Source: a virus
Lineage: Duplodnaviria > Caudoviricetes
IMG/VR virus record: IMGVR_UViG_2593339199_000003
Coordinates: 41,082-105,081 of that record
DNA length: 64,000 nt
Reading direction: 5' to 3' (one strand)
The notes under the pieces were generated by a model that had not been told where the DNA came from, searched no databases, and saw nothing but the letters and a program-made list of their open reading frames with translations. The position numbers and the translations under genes are program-made. The number at the start of each line of letters is the position of its first letter. Positions within the stretch are counted from its first letter, which is position 1. Shown here piece by piece: positions 29,851 through 40,100 of the stretch.

Positions 29851-31335
29851 CTACTCCACCCCGATCCTTTCAATCACTTTAAATGCGCTCTTGTCGATGA
29901 CCTTTCTTAGCACCGTTCCACCTTCCACATAATCAGCATCTGCTGTCATTGCATCCTTATACAACGTCCGAAGATATGCGGACCCATCGAGAACGACGCG
30001 ATTATCGTCTTGAAATTGTACTGACTCTCCGGCAGTAAAATCATTCAAGATGCTGTTTTGTATTACAGATCCGGCAACCATATCCACTTTCATTTTGATG
30101 TAACGGCCAGCTGGCGAAGCAATTGTGCCATCTGAGTTAATCGGCATGAAGTCAGAAAATACGCCTCCGTCAGATGAGGTAGCCGTTGAAATCGTCATCG
30201 CTGTTCCCGCTGGAACTACCACCGATTTCCCAACATTGACAAATGACTTATAGTTACTTCCCAAGTCAATGACGGGCGTTTCATAAGACCCAGATGGAGC
30301 ATAAAAATACTGAACACCGCTCTCCATTAACTCCATTTGGCCGATCATGACGCTGCCTGAAGAAGGCACGGTTATATTAATCCTGTAGTAGCGGTACTTG
30401 GACGTGTTTGATATTGGATACATACGCTTCTGACCGTAAGTTGTCCATGACTCGTTCACTCTTGTATCAAGCACGGTCCAGTTAGCATTATCCGCACTTC
30501 CCTCAAACGTCCATGATTTAGGCATCGTATTGTAAGAAAGCGAGCTGTTAAGATTCCTCGTTTGCAGCGTATACTGCGCAATAGCCTTTTCATTTCCTGC
30601 GCCAAAGTCAACCATTAACCATCTGGCAACAGTGGTTGTTTCCCAGCAATAGTCCGACCCTAATGGTACATTATCACTGAATGCTCTCCATGCCGCATGA
30701 GTGGTCGTGTTATATTCGCCTGATGCCGAAATTTTGATCTGCGGATCGTTCAAGTTACCCGTGAGCGCAGGCACTACGTCGCTTGTATATCCGAATACTT
30801 GCGATCCTGTCACATGTAACTGAATTTGTCCATTCATAACATCCACATTTGTCTTTACGCCGCCAACCAGATCAGCATCTTGGCTGTCCGTCTTCTGCTC
30901 ATTCGTGGCCAACGATACGACGACTGCAATTGGGTCCGCGGAGAGAGACTCTGCCGTAGTGACAACCGTCGCTTGCGCCTGGCCGGCTCCAATCACGACC
31001 TTTTTGCCAGCGGCATCATACTGGTAACCGTTGGATTTTGCTGCGTCGATACCGGTAGAATCGCCAAAGTCATCCAAGATCAGATCGGTTAAACTGAAAC
31101 GATTTTGGTTCACAATAGTGTTCATGCGCAGACTATGTTTATTCATGTTTGCCGCGGTAACCGCTTCAAGGTCAGATACTAATTCGATTGCATTAGGAAT
31201 CTTGTGGGATTCCAGTTCAACAAGCCGATCATCCATATCAGCAAAGACATCTTGAACGCCAGAGCCAAGACGATCTGAAACGCCCTTCATTTTATTTTTT
31301 GCCTTCATCGCTTTAGAAAGCGAAATAATGTCCAT
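29851..31335 (-). CDS. Fibre/adaptor protein with a discoidin-like domain (494 aa)
   Basis: MDIISLSKA start; WLMVDFG...PKSWTFEGSAD..W...YRYYRI. Confidence 0.8.
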   Translation of the reverse strand: MDIISLSKAMKAKNKMKGVSDRLGSGVQDVFADMDDRLVELESHKIPNAIELVSDLEAVTAANMNKHSLRMNTIVNQNRFSLTDLILDDFGDSTGIDAAKSNGYQYDAAGKKVVIGAGQAQATVVTTAESLSADPIAVVVSLATNEQKTDSQDADLVGGVKTNVDVMNGQIQLHVTGSQVFGYTSDVVPALTGNLNDPQIKISASGEYNTTTHAAWRAFSDNVPLGSDYCWETTTVARWLMVDFGAGNEKAIAQYTLQTRNLNSSLSYNTMPKSWTFEGSADNANWTVLDTRVNESWTTYGQKRMYPISNTSKYRYYRINITVPSSGSVMIGQMELMESGVQYFYAPSGSYETPVIDLGSNYKSFVNVGKSVVVPAGTAMTISTATSSDGGVFSDFMPINSDGTIASPAGRYIKMKVDMVAGSVIQNSILNDFTAGESVQFQDDNRVVLDGSAYLRTLYKDAMTADADYVEGGTVLRKVIDKSAFKVIERIGVE

Positions 31336-31385
31336 CACGTCTCACCTCTTTCATGAAGTAAGGAAAAGCGGGAGTAGGTTTTCCC

Positions 31386-33734
31386 CTACGCCCACGAGCA
31401 TGCAATGCCGGTCAGACTCGATGCGACTGCAGGAAGAGTCGCTTTCACCATGAGGTCATTTCCTGTCACTGTGCGAATGTCAGTCACGGTGCTTGCCGCG
31501 ATCGTCTGCCACGTTGCACCATCATCCAGGGAGAAGTGCAAAACAACATCTGTGCTGCCGTCCAGCACAACAAGAAGTGATTTGCGGCCATCCTGCAGAG
31601 GTCCTGCAGCCATGACCACATCGCCGGCGCCATTATACCTTTTGTTAATTGTATCATAGGTCGCCGTTGTGGCCGAACTGTCAACGCCATCGCTGGTGTC
31701 GAATGTATCAACGACCATCTCGTATAAGCTGTATTTTGCTGATGCGAGCAGCGCATTGCTCTTAAAATTGAGCTTTGCCATATTGATTGCGTTGATCTGC
31801 TCCAGATCTTTCAGTCTTCCAGCCAATGTCACTTCATCGAATGTAATGCCTACCGATTCAATTACCGGTGTTTCATTAGCGACATCGCTTGGTTGAATTG
31901 TAATTTGATCCGCATAAGCAACATCCCCACTGTTCGATTGTTCAAGATAATAAGCGAACCGAATTTTTCCAGTCTCTCCGATCAGCTGTTGCCATTGGCT
32001 AACGGGTACCGCATTAAATACGGCCGGCGTCATACCATTTGCTTTTGCTGAAGCAGCGTCTGCTGCAGATGCTGTCCAGGTGGACCCATCCCACGTCATC
32101 CAAGTTGTGCCGCCATCAATGCTTGCCAGGATCTTTAGCTCCCCTGCTCCCGATAATCCGGCAGCAAGTTGCAGACTTTTGAAGCCTTGCGGCGGAAGAG
32201 TGATGTCGTCCGTTGGTAGAATGACGCGACCAAACGGAACAGCTGTCATGGAGGAAGAAACGGTAGACGCATTGGTCGAGGCAAGAACTTTGGGCTGATC
32301 GGATACAAGGGATTGGATGGTTTTATCGTTTATGAGCTCCAAATCAACCATGCCATCGGTATCAAACATGGATTGCGTGACAGGCGCGTCGCCAACCTTC
32401 ACCCATGTTGCGACCAATGTTGTTCCAGGCAAAATGCGAACCTCTGATAGCTGCATCCAGTTAAAATTATTGAATAAATCCACCTTGTAATACCTGTAGG
32501 CTGTATCGTTAGAGAAGCTGAATGACCGTTTTTCATATAACGCCCCCGTGAATCCACAACTAGGGATGTTAGTGATAAGCGTGTAATTCGCCCCATCATT
32601 GCTTCCGTATAGCGTAAAGCTTGCCGGCACGTCTTGGGCCTTTCCTCCAGTGGTAAGATCCAGGCTTGCAATGGCGAATGCCGATGACAATCTGAATACC
32701 AGAGATTGGTGTCCACTGCCATTCGACCACCATACTGTGCCTGTGTTTCCATCGATCAAATTGGATGCTGACCCTTGATATGTGCTTGTAGCAGTCACGG
32801 ACTCGATACTAGGCGGCGTCGCTTCAGTAAGAACGCACTTCTTAATATCCGATCCATCTTGAATCAGATAGCTGATTGGGTCAACCAAGCGGGCACTTTC
32901 ATTTACGTCAATCGCATCCAAATTGAAATCTGTGCTGTACGCACCTTGATCAATCTTTGTTACGTCAACGTGATGGAGGCTGTCAGAAAGTCCTGTTTTC
33001 TGATAGACAAGCGTTTGGTTGATGTCACCGCCATTGAGAGTGAAGTATTCCACCGCTCCTCCATCTATGGTAACAGCCACTTTGCCTGAATATCCCGGAT
33101 AGATCGAAGCAATAATTCGGAACTGGGTTCCCATTAATAAGAACCGATAACTGGAGTTGGCGGTTGTGTTCGGCGCCCAGTGACGGCCTCCCCCAGAATA
33201 GGCGCTATTCGGATCGTCTGCCGACCATCCCGCTCCCATATATCTAATGCTCGGGTCGGAATCTTCAATCCGCTTCCAGCCGCTTTCTGGACCAGTGAGT
33301 GCTCCTCCAATTAAAGCGAAGCTTCCTTTAAGATCGATTGCATCAAATTCAAAGATAGAAAAAAGACCGGAGTTACTTGCCGAGATCGTGACGGTGTGAT
33401 TGCCGTCCGTCAGCCCATCCTTCTCGAACAGCAGAATCTGGCTTCCTGCTGCACCCCTCGCAGAATAGCTATAACTTACACCATCGATGACAACCGAGAT
33501 ATTCGCCTGCCGATCCGAATCTCGATACGAAATGATCCGCAGCCCGGAGCCGTTAAATGCAAACGAAACAGAATGCAGGTTTGCACCAAATGTATACTTG
33601 GCAGATCCGCCTGAATAATTCGCACCAGGATTGTCAGCCCAGCTATCGCCAGCAAATACGAAATGTACATCTGTTTGCTCAAATCGTGTCCACCCTGACT
33701 CAGGAGCCAATAGTTGCTGTCCTACTGTAGCCAT
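31386..33734 (-). CDS. Receptor-binding protein (782 aa): two tandem jelly-roll repeats plus a discoidin-like domain
   Basis: Two PESGW.R.E...YSGG...DAID repeats; NLIDGN..T.W...GSNDG...YRYYK. C-terminal half is paralogous to the 766-aa protein. ATG 33734 is best spaced from GAGGTG. Confidence 0.8.
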   Translation of the reverse strand: MATVGQQLLAPESGWTRFEQTDVHFVFAGDSWADNPGANYSGGSAKYTFGANLHSVSFAFNGSGLRIISYRDSDRQANISVVIDGVSYSYSARGAAGSQILLFEKDGLTDGNHTVTISASNSGLFSIFEFDAIDLKGSFALIGGALTGPESGWKRIEDSDPSIRYMGAGWSADDPNSAYSGGGRHWAPNTTANSSYRFLLMGTQFRIIASIYPGYSGKVAVTIDGGAVEYFTLNGGDINQTLVYQKTGLSDSLHHVDVTKIDQGAYSTDFNLDAIDVNESARLVDPISYLIQDGSDIKKCVLTEATPPSIESVTATSTYQGSASNLIDGNTGTVWWSNGSGHQSLVFRLSSAFAIASLDLTTGGKAQDVPASFTLYGSNDGANYTLITNIPSCGFTGALYEKRSFSFSNDTAYRYYKVDLFNNFNWMQLSEVRILPGTTLVATWVKVGDAPVTQSMFDTDGMVDLELINDKTIQSLVSDQPKVLASTNASTVSSSMTAVPFGRVILPTDDITLPPQGFKSLQLAAGLSGAGELKILASIDGGTTWMTWDGSTWTASAADAASAKANGMTPAVFNAVPVSQWQQLIGETGKIRFAYYLEQSNSGDVAYADQITIQPSDVANETPVIESVGITFDEVTLAGRLKDLEQINAINMAKLNFKSNALLASAKYSLYEMVVDTFDTSDGVDSSATTATYDTINKRYNGAGDVVMAAGPLQDGRKSLLVVLDGSTDVVLHFSLDDGATWQTIAASTVTDIRTVTGNDLMVKATLPAVASSLTGIACSWA

Positions 33735-33818
33735 GCTCATTCACCTCTTATTCCTTGTATTCAAAGACAGCACAAAGCCCAATGTCTGCAGCTGCCGAAG
33801 TTTGCAGGAGCTGCCATA

Positions 33819-34496
33819 TTACATCACGCTCACTTTCTCAATGGACTTGAACGTTACCTTGTTCAAGGTGACGGAGAATAAATTGCTTGCTTCAAGCGCC
33901 CCTTCGTTATCGACATCAGGCGCATAGCTCGTTTTTAGATGAAGCGTTCCGTTTGCCTCTGCATACTCGTCGAGCACGAAGGTGTTCTGCGCATCGCCCT
34001 GATTGAAATCCAAGCTGACGGGATCTGTTGGCCCTGCTGGATTCGTAAGCGTTGCCTTGAACTTTACCCATCTTGCTTCAGGCGGGCTATCCAGTTTGAG
34101 TGCTGCGTATTCGGAGAAGGTCTGCCCGTTTGCAGATGTTGCAACTTCCCATGACACGACTGAGCCACTCATACTCACCGCTCCGGTTTCGATCCATCCC
34201 TTTCCAAGATCCGTTACGTTGGACTCCCATGTCCCAGAAGGAAAATATGAGTCCACGCCGAGCTTCTTGAGCTGCAGCTTTCCATTCACCAGCTCGGTAT
34301 TCACGAATGTGCCCTGCTCCAACTGCAACGCTACTGCCGTTGTTTGCTTGATTTGATTCGCCTGGCCCGCCAGCCAATCCAACCGCGCATCGACGGTTGG
34401 AAAGCGGCCTTCAGCTTGCAGGGCGATCACGTTGGTATCCAAGTCGGTAATTTTGTTGACTGCTTGTGTTCCTTTACCAAGGGATATAACGTCCAT
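33819..34496 (-). CDS. Fibre/adaptor subunit (225 aa), insert-less paralog of the 494-aa protein
   Basis: MDVISLGKG...DARLDWL; NGKLQL...PSGTWES...DLG; C-terminal FKSIEKV versus FKVIERI. Confidence 0.75.
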   Translation of the reverse strand: MDVISLGKGTQAVNKITDLDTNVIALQAEGRFPTVDARLDWLAGQANQIKQTTAVALQLEQGTFVNTELVNGKLQLKKLGVDSYFPSGTWESNVTDLGKGWIETGAVSMSGSVVSWEVATSANGQTFSEYAALKLDSPPEARWVKFKATLTNPAGPTDPVSLDFNQGDAQNTFVLDEYAEANGTLHLKTSYAPDVDNEGALEASNLFSVTLNKVTFKSIEKVSVM

Positions 34497-34511
34497 GATG
34501 CTTCACCCGCC

Positions 34512-34961
34512 TTAAACGATAGTCGTTGTCGTATCTACACCAGTAATGTTGCCCGTTACATTGTCATAAGTATAAACCTTATGAACAATCACGGACTGTC
34601 CATTCGCCGTGTATTTCTTGTCAGAGTAATTCAGCGTGCCGGCTACGGGATCTGCATAAACGTAATCGACCGTATAGTTCAAGTCGCCCGCCACCGTCTG
34701 CTTGATGACATTGCCATTTCCATCGTACTGGTAAATCTCGCTAAAGTTACCCTCGTCATTGATCATGACCATCTGCGATTTCAGCGCCGAAATATCGGAC
34801 GTGTTTGTGGCAATGTTCGAGCTGTTGACTGATACGGCTGCTTCAATGCTATCGAGTCGGTCCGGCAGGTTTACCTTCGCTCCTTTGGCATTCTCCAGGT
34901 CCGTGACCAGCTGCTGCAGATCGAATCCAAGGTCGCCCTTCAGAATCTTCGTAAGTGCCAT
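34512..34961 (-). CDS. Small coiled-coil plus beta-sheet virion protein (149 aa)
   Basis: AAGGAGG RBS; trimer-type coiled coil (NIATNTSDISALK) and YD-like strands. Confidence 0.7.
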   Translation of the reverse strand: MALTKILKGDLGFDLQQLVTDLENAKGAKVNLPDRLDSIEAAVSVNSSNIATNTSDISALKSQMVMINDEGNFSEIYQYDGNGNVIKQTVAGDLNYTVDYVYADPVAGTLNYSDKKYTANGQSVIVHKVYTYDNVTGNITGVDTTTTIV

Positions 34962-35005
34962 CGGTTACCCCTCCTTAACTTCGCATACGCTTTCTTGTAG
35001 TTGAC

Positions 35006-35857
35006 TTACAGAATTTCTATATATGTTGGAACAATGAGTTCATCACTAAAGACAGTCTGATTGGTCAGCAGCGCGGGCCCACCGTTCAAGTAAAATTTCA
35101 TCACTGTGAAGTCTACGATCTTGGCATTGGTATCCATTACTTGCTGCACGAGTTCGTTATAGATAAGGCCTTGGCCCATTGTGAACTTGCCGAAGTATTG
35201 ATACAGATTGGTCTTGGCATCAAGGCGTGCCTTGTCTTTGTCGGCTGTCGTGGCCGACTCATGAAATACGAGCTGGATACGCAGCTCCAAGGGGATTTGC
35301 GACGGCAGCACGATAAGCGGTCGGTTGCCGTAAGCCTTCACTTGCTGTACAGCCTGTTCGACGCCCGCGCGGACGGTATCGAAATTGTAGCCGTAAAGCG
35401 GGATGACCACGAAGCTGAAGCTGCCGGTACCCTGCGTGTACTCCGTGCCGATGACATCGGAGACGCCTTCTGTAGCCAAGCAGGCAATGCGCAGTGCTTG
35501 ATAGTTAGCGCTCGCCGCGGTTAGGACGCGCTGCGAGATCTCATACCGGTACGTCTTGGCATCCAGCGGCTTCGTCGTCGTCGCTCCAGTCTTCGGGTCG
35601 TAGGACGTTACATTGCGCCTTGGGTAACTGAACAAGGCACCAATCAGATCCAGATACTCATCAGGTGCCTTGCTGAGGAATCCCATGTTGGCAATTGCTT
35701 CGCCGTAATCGTACAGTTTTGGAAACTCCGGTCCGATGGCTTCGATGATCGAGCGCGCAATGGCGCCGGCCCTGTAGTTCGTAACAGGTGAATACGTTTG
35801 GAGATGCGTCATCGCATCGGCTAGAATATCGCTGACTGAGCGTTTCAATAGGGGCAT
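35006..35857 (-). CDS. Baseplate J/gp6-like wedge protein (283 aa)
   Basis: GAIARSIIEA...YLDLIG....PRR...YRYEI...ACLATEGVSDV...GTGSFSFVV; directly follows the gp25-like gene. Confidence 0.8.
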   Translation of the reverse strand: MPLLKRSVSDILADAMTHLQTYSPVTNYRAGAIARSIIEAIGPEFPKLYDYGEAIANMGFLSKAPDEYLDLIGALFSYPRRNVTSYDPKTGATTTKPLDAKTYRYEISQRVLTAASANYQALRIACLATEGVSDVIGTEYTQGTGSFSFVVIPLYGYNFDTVRAGVEQAVQQVKAYGNRPLIVLPSQIPLELRIQLVFHESATTADKDKARLDAKTNLYQYFGKFTMGQGLIYNELVQQVMDTNAKIVDFTVMKFYLNGGPALLTNQTVFSDELIVPTYIEIL

Positions 35858-35870
35858 GTTTGCACCTCCC

Positions 35871-36278
35871 TTAGAGGTTACTGCCGTTCGTCACAACGAT
35901 CGGCTCGTCTTCGCCGGCATTGAGGAACGTGTAATAATCGATCTGATAAATACTCACGGGTACCGCACGCACCTGAAGATCAGCTGCTCGGAACCGCCCA
36001 TCATACGTCAGCGTGCTCATGATTTGGTTGACGCCTCTGTTAGCCGTCTCCCGCGTGTTAGGCTCACCCTCCAGCAGCTCAAGATCGCCGCCGATGTTCG
36101 GATGGCTTCGCCAATCCTTGGTCTGTGTGCGGATACGGTTCGCGATGTCCTGCTTGGCCGACTCGTAATTATCGGTCAGTCGGAAGTCCGTGGTACCCAC
36201 TGCATCACTCGGTCCGAGATCGAAATCCCCGTCGTGCGCGCCGTAAAAGGCAATGTCCTTCTCATCATACTTAGGCAT
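35871..36278 (-). CDS. gp25/GPW-like baseplate (sheath initiator) protein (135 aa)
   Basis: ESAKQDIANRIRTQ..DW..HPNIGGDL..L.G...L..DGRF pattern; position before baseplate J. Confidence 0.8.
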   Translation of the reverse strand: MPKYDEKDIAFYGAHDGDFDLGPSDAVGTTDFRLTDNYESAKQDIANRIRTQTKDWRSHPNIGGDLELLEGEPNTRETANRGVNQIMSTLTYDGRFRAADLQVRAVPVSIYQIDYYTFLNAGEDEPIVVTNGSNL

Positions 36279-36624
36279 GCTTGTCGCCTCCGATCATATC
36301 CAAAATAGCCTTGTAGTCCTCACTAACCGGATCGAAGCCGGCTTCGCTCGCATTTACCACCTGGAAGTTATTGCAGACGAATTGGATGTTTGGTGCATAG
36401 ACAGAGAACATCATCTTGGACGGATCCATGCGGAAGCCGAGATGATAGTACGCAAACCCCTCGACGACGCCTGTGTCTCTAGCCAAAATGCCCGCTCCGG
36501 ATACGGAGTTGATGAGGCCGATGTCATGCGTCTTCGCCTGTGTCGATTGCTTCAACAAGTCGTCCAGATTCTGCTCGTCCGAGAACATGAGCTCATTCAG
36601 TTGCTCCATCCAATTCGCCATCAT
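36271..36624 (-). CDS. Hypothetical baseplate protein (117 aa), possibly the beta-strand part of the spike
   Basis: GGAGG RBS; short alternating beta-strands (GAGILARDTGVVEGFA...GFRMDP); lies between the spike OB-fold gene and gp25. Confidence 0.65.
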   Translation of the reverse strand: MMANWMEQLNELMFSDEQNLDDLLKQSTQAKTHDIGLINSVSGAGILARDTGVVEGFAYYHLGFRMDPSKMMFSVYAPNIQFVCNNFQVVNASEAGFDPVSEDYKAILDMIGGDKHA

Positions 36625-36730
36625 CTTGTTCCTCCAATTGGCTTTCGGTAGCCATGCAGTCTGGGCAGAAGCTCTCCCGGCAGCAAGGGCATGCTATTAA
36701 AAAGGTTTTACAATCCGGGCATTGCGTCAT
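36593..36730 (-). CDS. Small Cys-rich putative metal-binding protein (45 aa), absent from the ORF track
   Basis: GGAGGA RBS 6 nt upstream; MTQCPDCKTFLIACPCCRESFCPDCMATESQLEEQDDGELDGATE; fills the 118-bp gap between its neighbours. Confidence 0.75.
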   Translation of the reverse strand: MTQCPDCKTFLIACPCCRESFCPDCMATESQLEEQDDGELDGATE

Positions 36731-36742
36731 CATGTTTCCTCC

Positions 36743-37138
36743 TCAGAAGTGGAACAGGCTATGGAAGAACTCACTCACGCCGTACTTCAGGTCATTCCAG
36801 AACATCTCGGCCTGGCTCGGGTCACGGTAGAATGCCGTGACGATCGGCTGCTTTTGGTCCCCGTTAATAAACTGGATCCAAACGCGATCGTTCTCCGAGA
36901 GGCCGTGATCAATGATTCCCTGACTATAGACGAAGCAAGGGACATTGTTGTACTTGGTGACCTGCTGGCCGGTACGTACTTCCACGTCCACGGTATGATT
37001 GATGGCCGGATCATTGAAGTGATTTGGCCCATAGTATTTAGTCACATAGCCGATCAGGCCGGGGGAGCTCAGATCAAGAGCTCCCTCCTTGCCCTGGCCG
37101 GCGATGCGTTTGCTGATTTCGCTTTGCTCATAAGCCAT
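36743..37138 (-). CDS. Baseplate spike OB-fold protein, gp5/gpV N-terminal-like (131 aa)
   Basis: G.V..Y...TVDV...NVPC...NDRVWIQFINGD..QPIV motif; directly follows the hub gene. Confidence 0.7.
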   Translation of the reverse strand: MAYEQSEISKRIAGQGKEGALDLSSPGLIGYVTKYYGPNHFNDPAINHTVDVEVRTGQQVTKYNNVPCFVYSQGIIDHGLSENDRVWIQFINGDQKQPIVTAFYRDPSQAEMFWNDLKYGVSEFFHSLFHF

Positions 37139-37151
37139 GCGCGATCGCTCC

Positions 37152-40100
37152 TTACTTTGTCGGATAATGGAGATGGACGTGATTGTAGTGGTCCGCGCGC
37201 GTGGTGAAGGTGTTCTTCGGATACTTCTTCCGCATCTGATTCAGCAGATCATCGTCCGCATGCAGGATGCCATCGAAGCCTGCCTGGACCGCCAGGTCGA
37301 TTACCATTTCCACCATGTCCCGATCGGCGCTGTTCGTGAAGCGCAGCTTGCCGGCTACCACTTTCATGTCCGGCGTGTCGATATCGACTGCAAAGCCGGT
37401 ATTGTGCCAGCTCAGCGATCCGTCCGGTTTTCGATACGTCGAGGTAACCATGAGCTTCTTGCCGCCGCTTTTCGCCGTGTATACCGCGCCTAGTTGCTGC
37501 AGAAGATCTGCAGATGCTTGGCGGATCAGTGGTGCCTGCATGATCGGCTCATAGAAATTGACACTCGTTACCTTCGTCGTGCTGACCAGCACGCTCTTGG
37601 CTTGCTCAGGCGTCAACGAGTATTGTTTCATCCCGGCCGACCCAGTTGTCGTTGGCACTTCCGCGCTAGTCCCGTTCGTCCCACTCGATGCCTTCGGAGC
37701 GTCCGGAGTCGGCGGCAAAAAATTCGGATCGTGCTTGGCGATCTTGGCCATGATCTGCGCAATCCCGTTGTGCCAGTTCTTGTCGGAGGCATACTTAATG
37801 TTCATGCCAACAAGTGTTGAGCCATTGTAATACTTGCCGCCTGCGGTCAGGTAATTCGTCTTTATCTTATTGGCTGCATAGTAGATGCAATCCTGTGGCG
37901 TCGCAAACGTATAGGCGCCATCATATGGATTGCTATCGACCGCGCCGTAGCCAAAGAGGTTGTTCTTGTCCTTGAAGATCCTGGATGTCCCCCACCCTGT
38001 TTCCCACGCCGCATGCGCTGCGAGGTAAAGTCCGCTCATGACGCGAGCACTTCCCGCTCCGTCCCCTTGTAATGCGAGAGGCGATGGCGCTGAAGGAATG
38101 GAGATCTCAAGTTGCTTAAAGTATTTGCCGAGCCCCGCAAGACCGGTTCCTTCAAAGGCAGCATCGATTGCGTCAGCTGAAATGCCGCTCGGCTGATTGA
38201 GGTCCATTGTGTCAAAGCTGGTGCCGGCAGCGTAGCCAGATCCCCCGCTTGAGTCGCTGCCACCCAATGAGGACGTCAGGTCATCTGAGGTCAGAAGCGT
38301 TCGATCTTCTTCATAGGTTGGCTTCCGATTGAAATCCGCCTCTTGGCGTGCGACTTGTCCCTGCAGCTGCTTGGTCGCTTCGCCGACCTCGAAGTTATAC
38401 ACCTCGGCGGCCTGCGTATCCGCGATCACCTTGTAGCGATGCTTCTCGAAGAAGCTGGACGCAAACTGCGAGAAGTCAACGGAACTGCCGCTGGCCTGCA
38501 TGGAGAGATCGTCATCGGAGGCGATCGGCGCATACTGAGACGTGTCTGCGCCCAGGAATCCGGCGAGAACACCACCGACCACATCGTTAGTCAAGAACCG
38601 CTGCCAGAAGTCTGGAGAGTCGCCGATCACCGAGCCCATATGGCCATTGATGCCTGCAGAGAACTCGATGCCGTCGCGGCGGAGCACCGCAATGATGCAA
38701 GACTTCCGCGTGAACAAGAAGCGCTCGATGAACTCGGATATGCAGGCACAGGCAATCTCGACGACGGCCGTTTCAATCAGATAGGCTGCAATGCCAACCG
38801 GTCCGCCAAAAATAGCGAGCGCACCCGTGGCCATCTCCCATCCTCGCTTCCCCCAGCGGCCGGCCTTGGCCGTAACCTTAAAGCCAGTCGCCATCATTTT
38901 GCTTGCACCTGTCTTGAGTTTCGCGAGTTTGGCAGCGTCTATTTTATTGTAGCCCTTGAAACGCTTGTCGTACAAAGCTTCGTACAAGTTATCAAACAGC
39001 GCCTGAGCGTCTTTTTCGGTGAAATTCTCGATCTTAGACGCCATATCCTTGAGTATTCCGCTTTTTGTCCAGCGATTCTTCATTTCATCTGTAACAGGAT
39101 CGTAACGCCTTACTTCTTTGGTTACAGGATCAATCTCGACACGATAGTTCTTCGTTTCGATCGTTCTTGGTTTCGAAAGTTCCTCTCCTGCCGCCGTGGT
39201 CCATTCCATCAGCTTGGAGCCCACTTTGGTCGCATCGAACTTCCCTTTCATCGCTTCATAGCGCCGCTTGACCACGGACCAGATCGCATTCATGACTGGG
39301 AATGCGCCTTTATAGCCCATGTTCCGGAGGACAGCACGCAGCGTATACGACATAATCATGTAGGCGGCTGTGTGCGTCAGTCCCTGCAGCATCGTCATGA
39401 CATGACGATCGCTGTTGACGACGACGGCATCCGGCTTGATCATCGTGATGTAACCCGTCTCAAAATTCAGCAGATGGTTCACTTCACGAACCTCGATTGG
39501 CCCGCTCATATTATTGAACGTATCGTTGAAATAGCAGATGTCGTAAGGCTTCACGCTTGGATCACCCATGACCGTCAGATAGCCGTCGTACATTTGCTTC
39601 ACGTAATCCCGGAGGCCAGCTGCGGCGATCTTGATGGCCGTCCATTCATCGAAGTACCATTTCGGCAGCTTGTTCAGGAAGTGTCCGATGATCGGGATAT
39701 TCTCGATCAGCCGGATACCCTGCGCATTCAGCTGCGTATCAATCTGCACTGTCCGCTGCATCTCCGGCCAAATGTTCGTGTCTACGTAGATCGCCTGCGT
39801 CGTATCGAGGTTGCCCTCGTTGCTGTAGACGCCGACCGCGACCGTGTACATGTTCTCCGTCGTGGCGATGATCTGATTCTCGACGATGGACGTCCAGCTG
39901 TCATAGATGTGATACTGCCGGAATGGCTTCGACACGGCTTGGATATCATAGCTCGCCAGGTTCGTATCCTGCATGCTTTTCCCGCCGGCGACGTCGTAGG
40001 CATACGCAATCGGGAAGTATGGCTTGCCCATGAAAATCGTGTTGCGGAAGTCGTAGGGATGAACCGCGACTATGAAGTCCTCGCCCACCGCAGCGCAAAT

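Noticed and set aside
33760-33816. 18-codon minus-strand ORF MAAPANFGSCRHWALCCL in the intergenic gap
   Set aside because: No RBS and very short; the region is better explained as a weakly structured spacer.
34512-34961. YD-like motifs suggesting an Rhs toxin
   Set aside because: Only two or three such strands in a 149-aa protein, with no Rhs core, cleavage motif or immunity gene.
26461-34961. Diversity-generating retroelement or invertible shufflon acting on the fibre genes
   Set aside because: No reverse transcriptase, recombinase, near-identical nucleotide repeat pair or inverted gene was noticed in the window; the similarity is at the diverged protein level only.
34996-35010. TGTAGTTGACTTACA, and the half-site at 33810-33823, as further palindrome copies
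   Set aside because: Wrong spacing or only one arm, and the TGTAA part is explained by a TAA stop codon.
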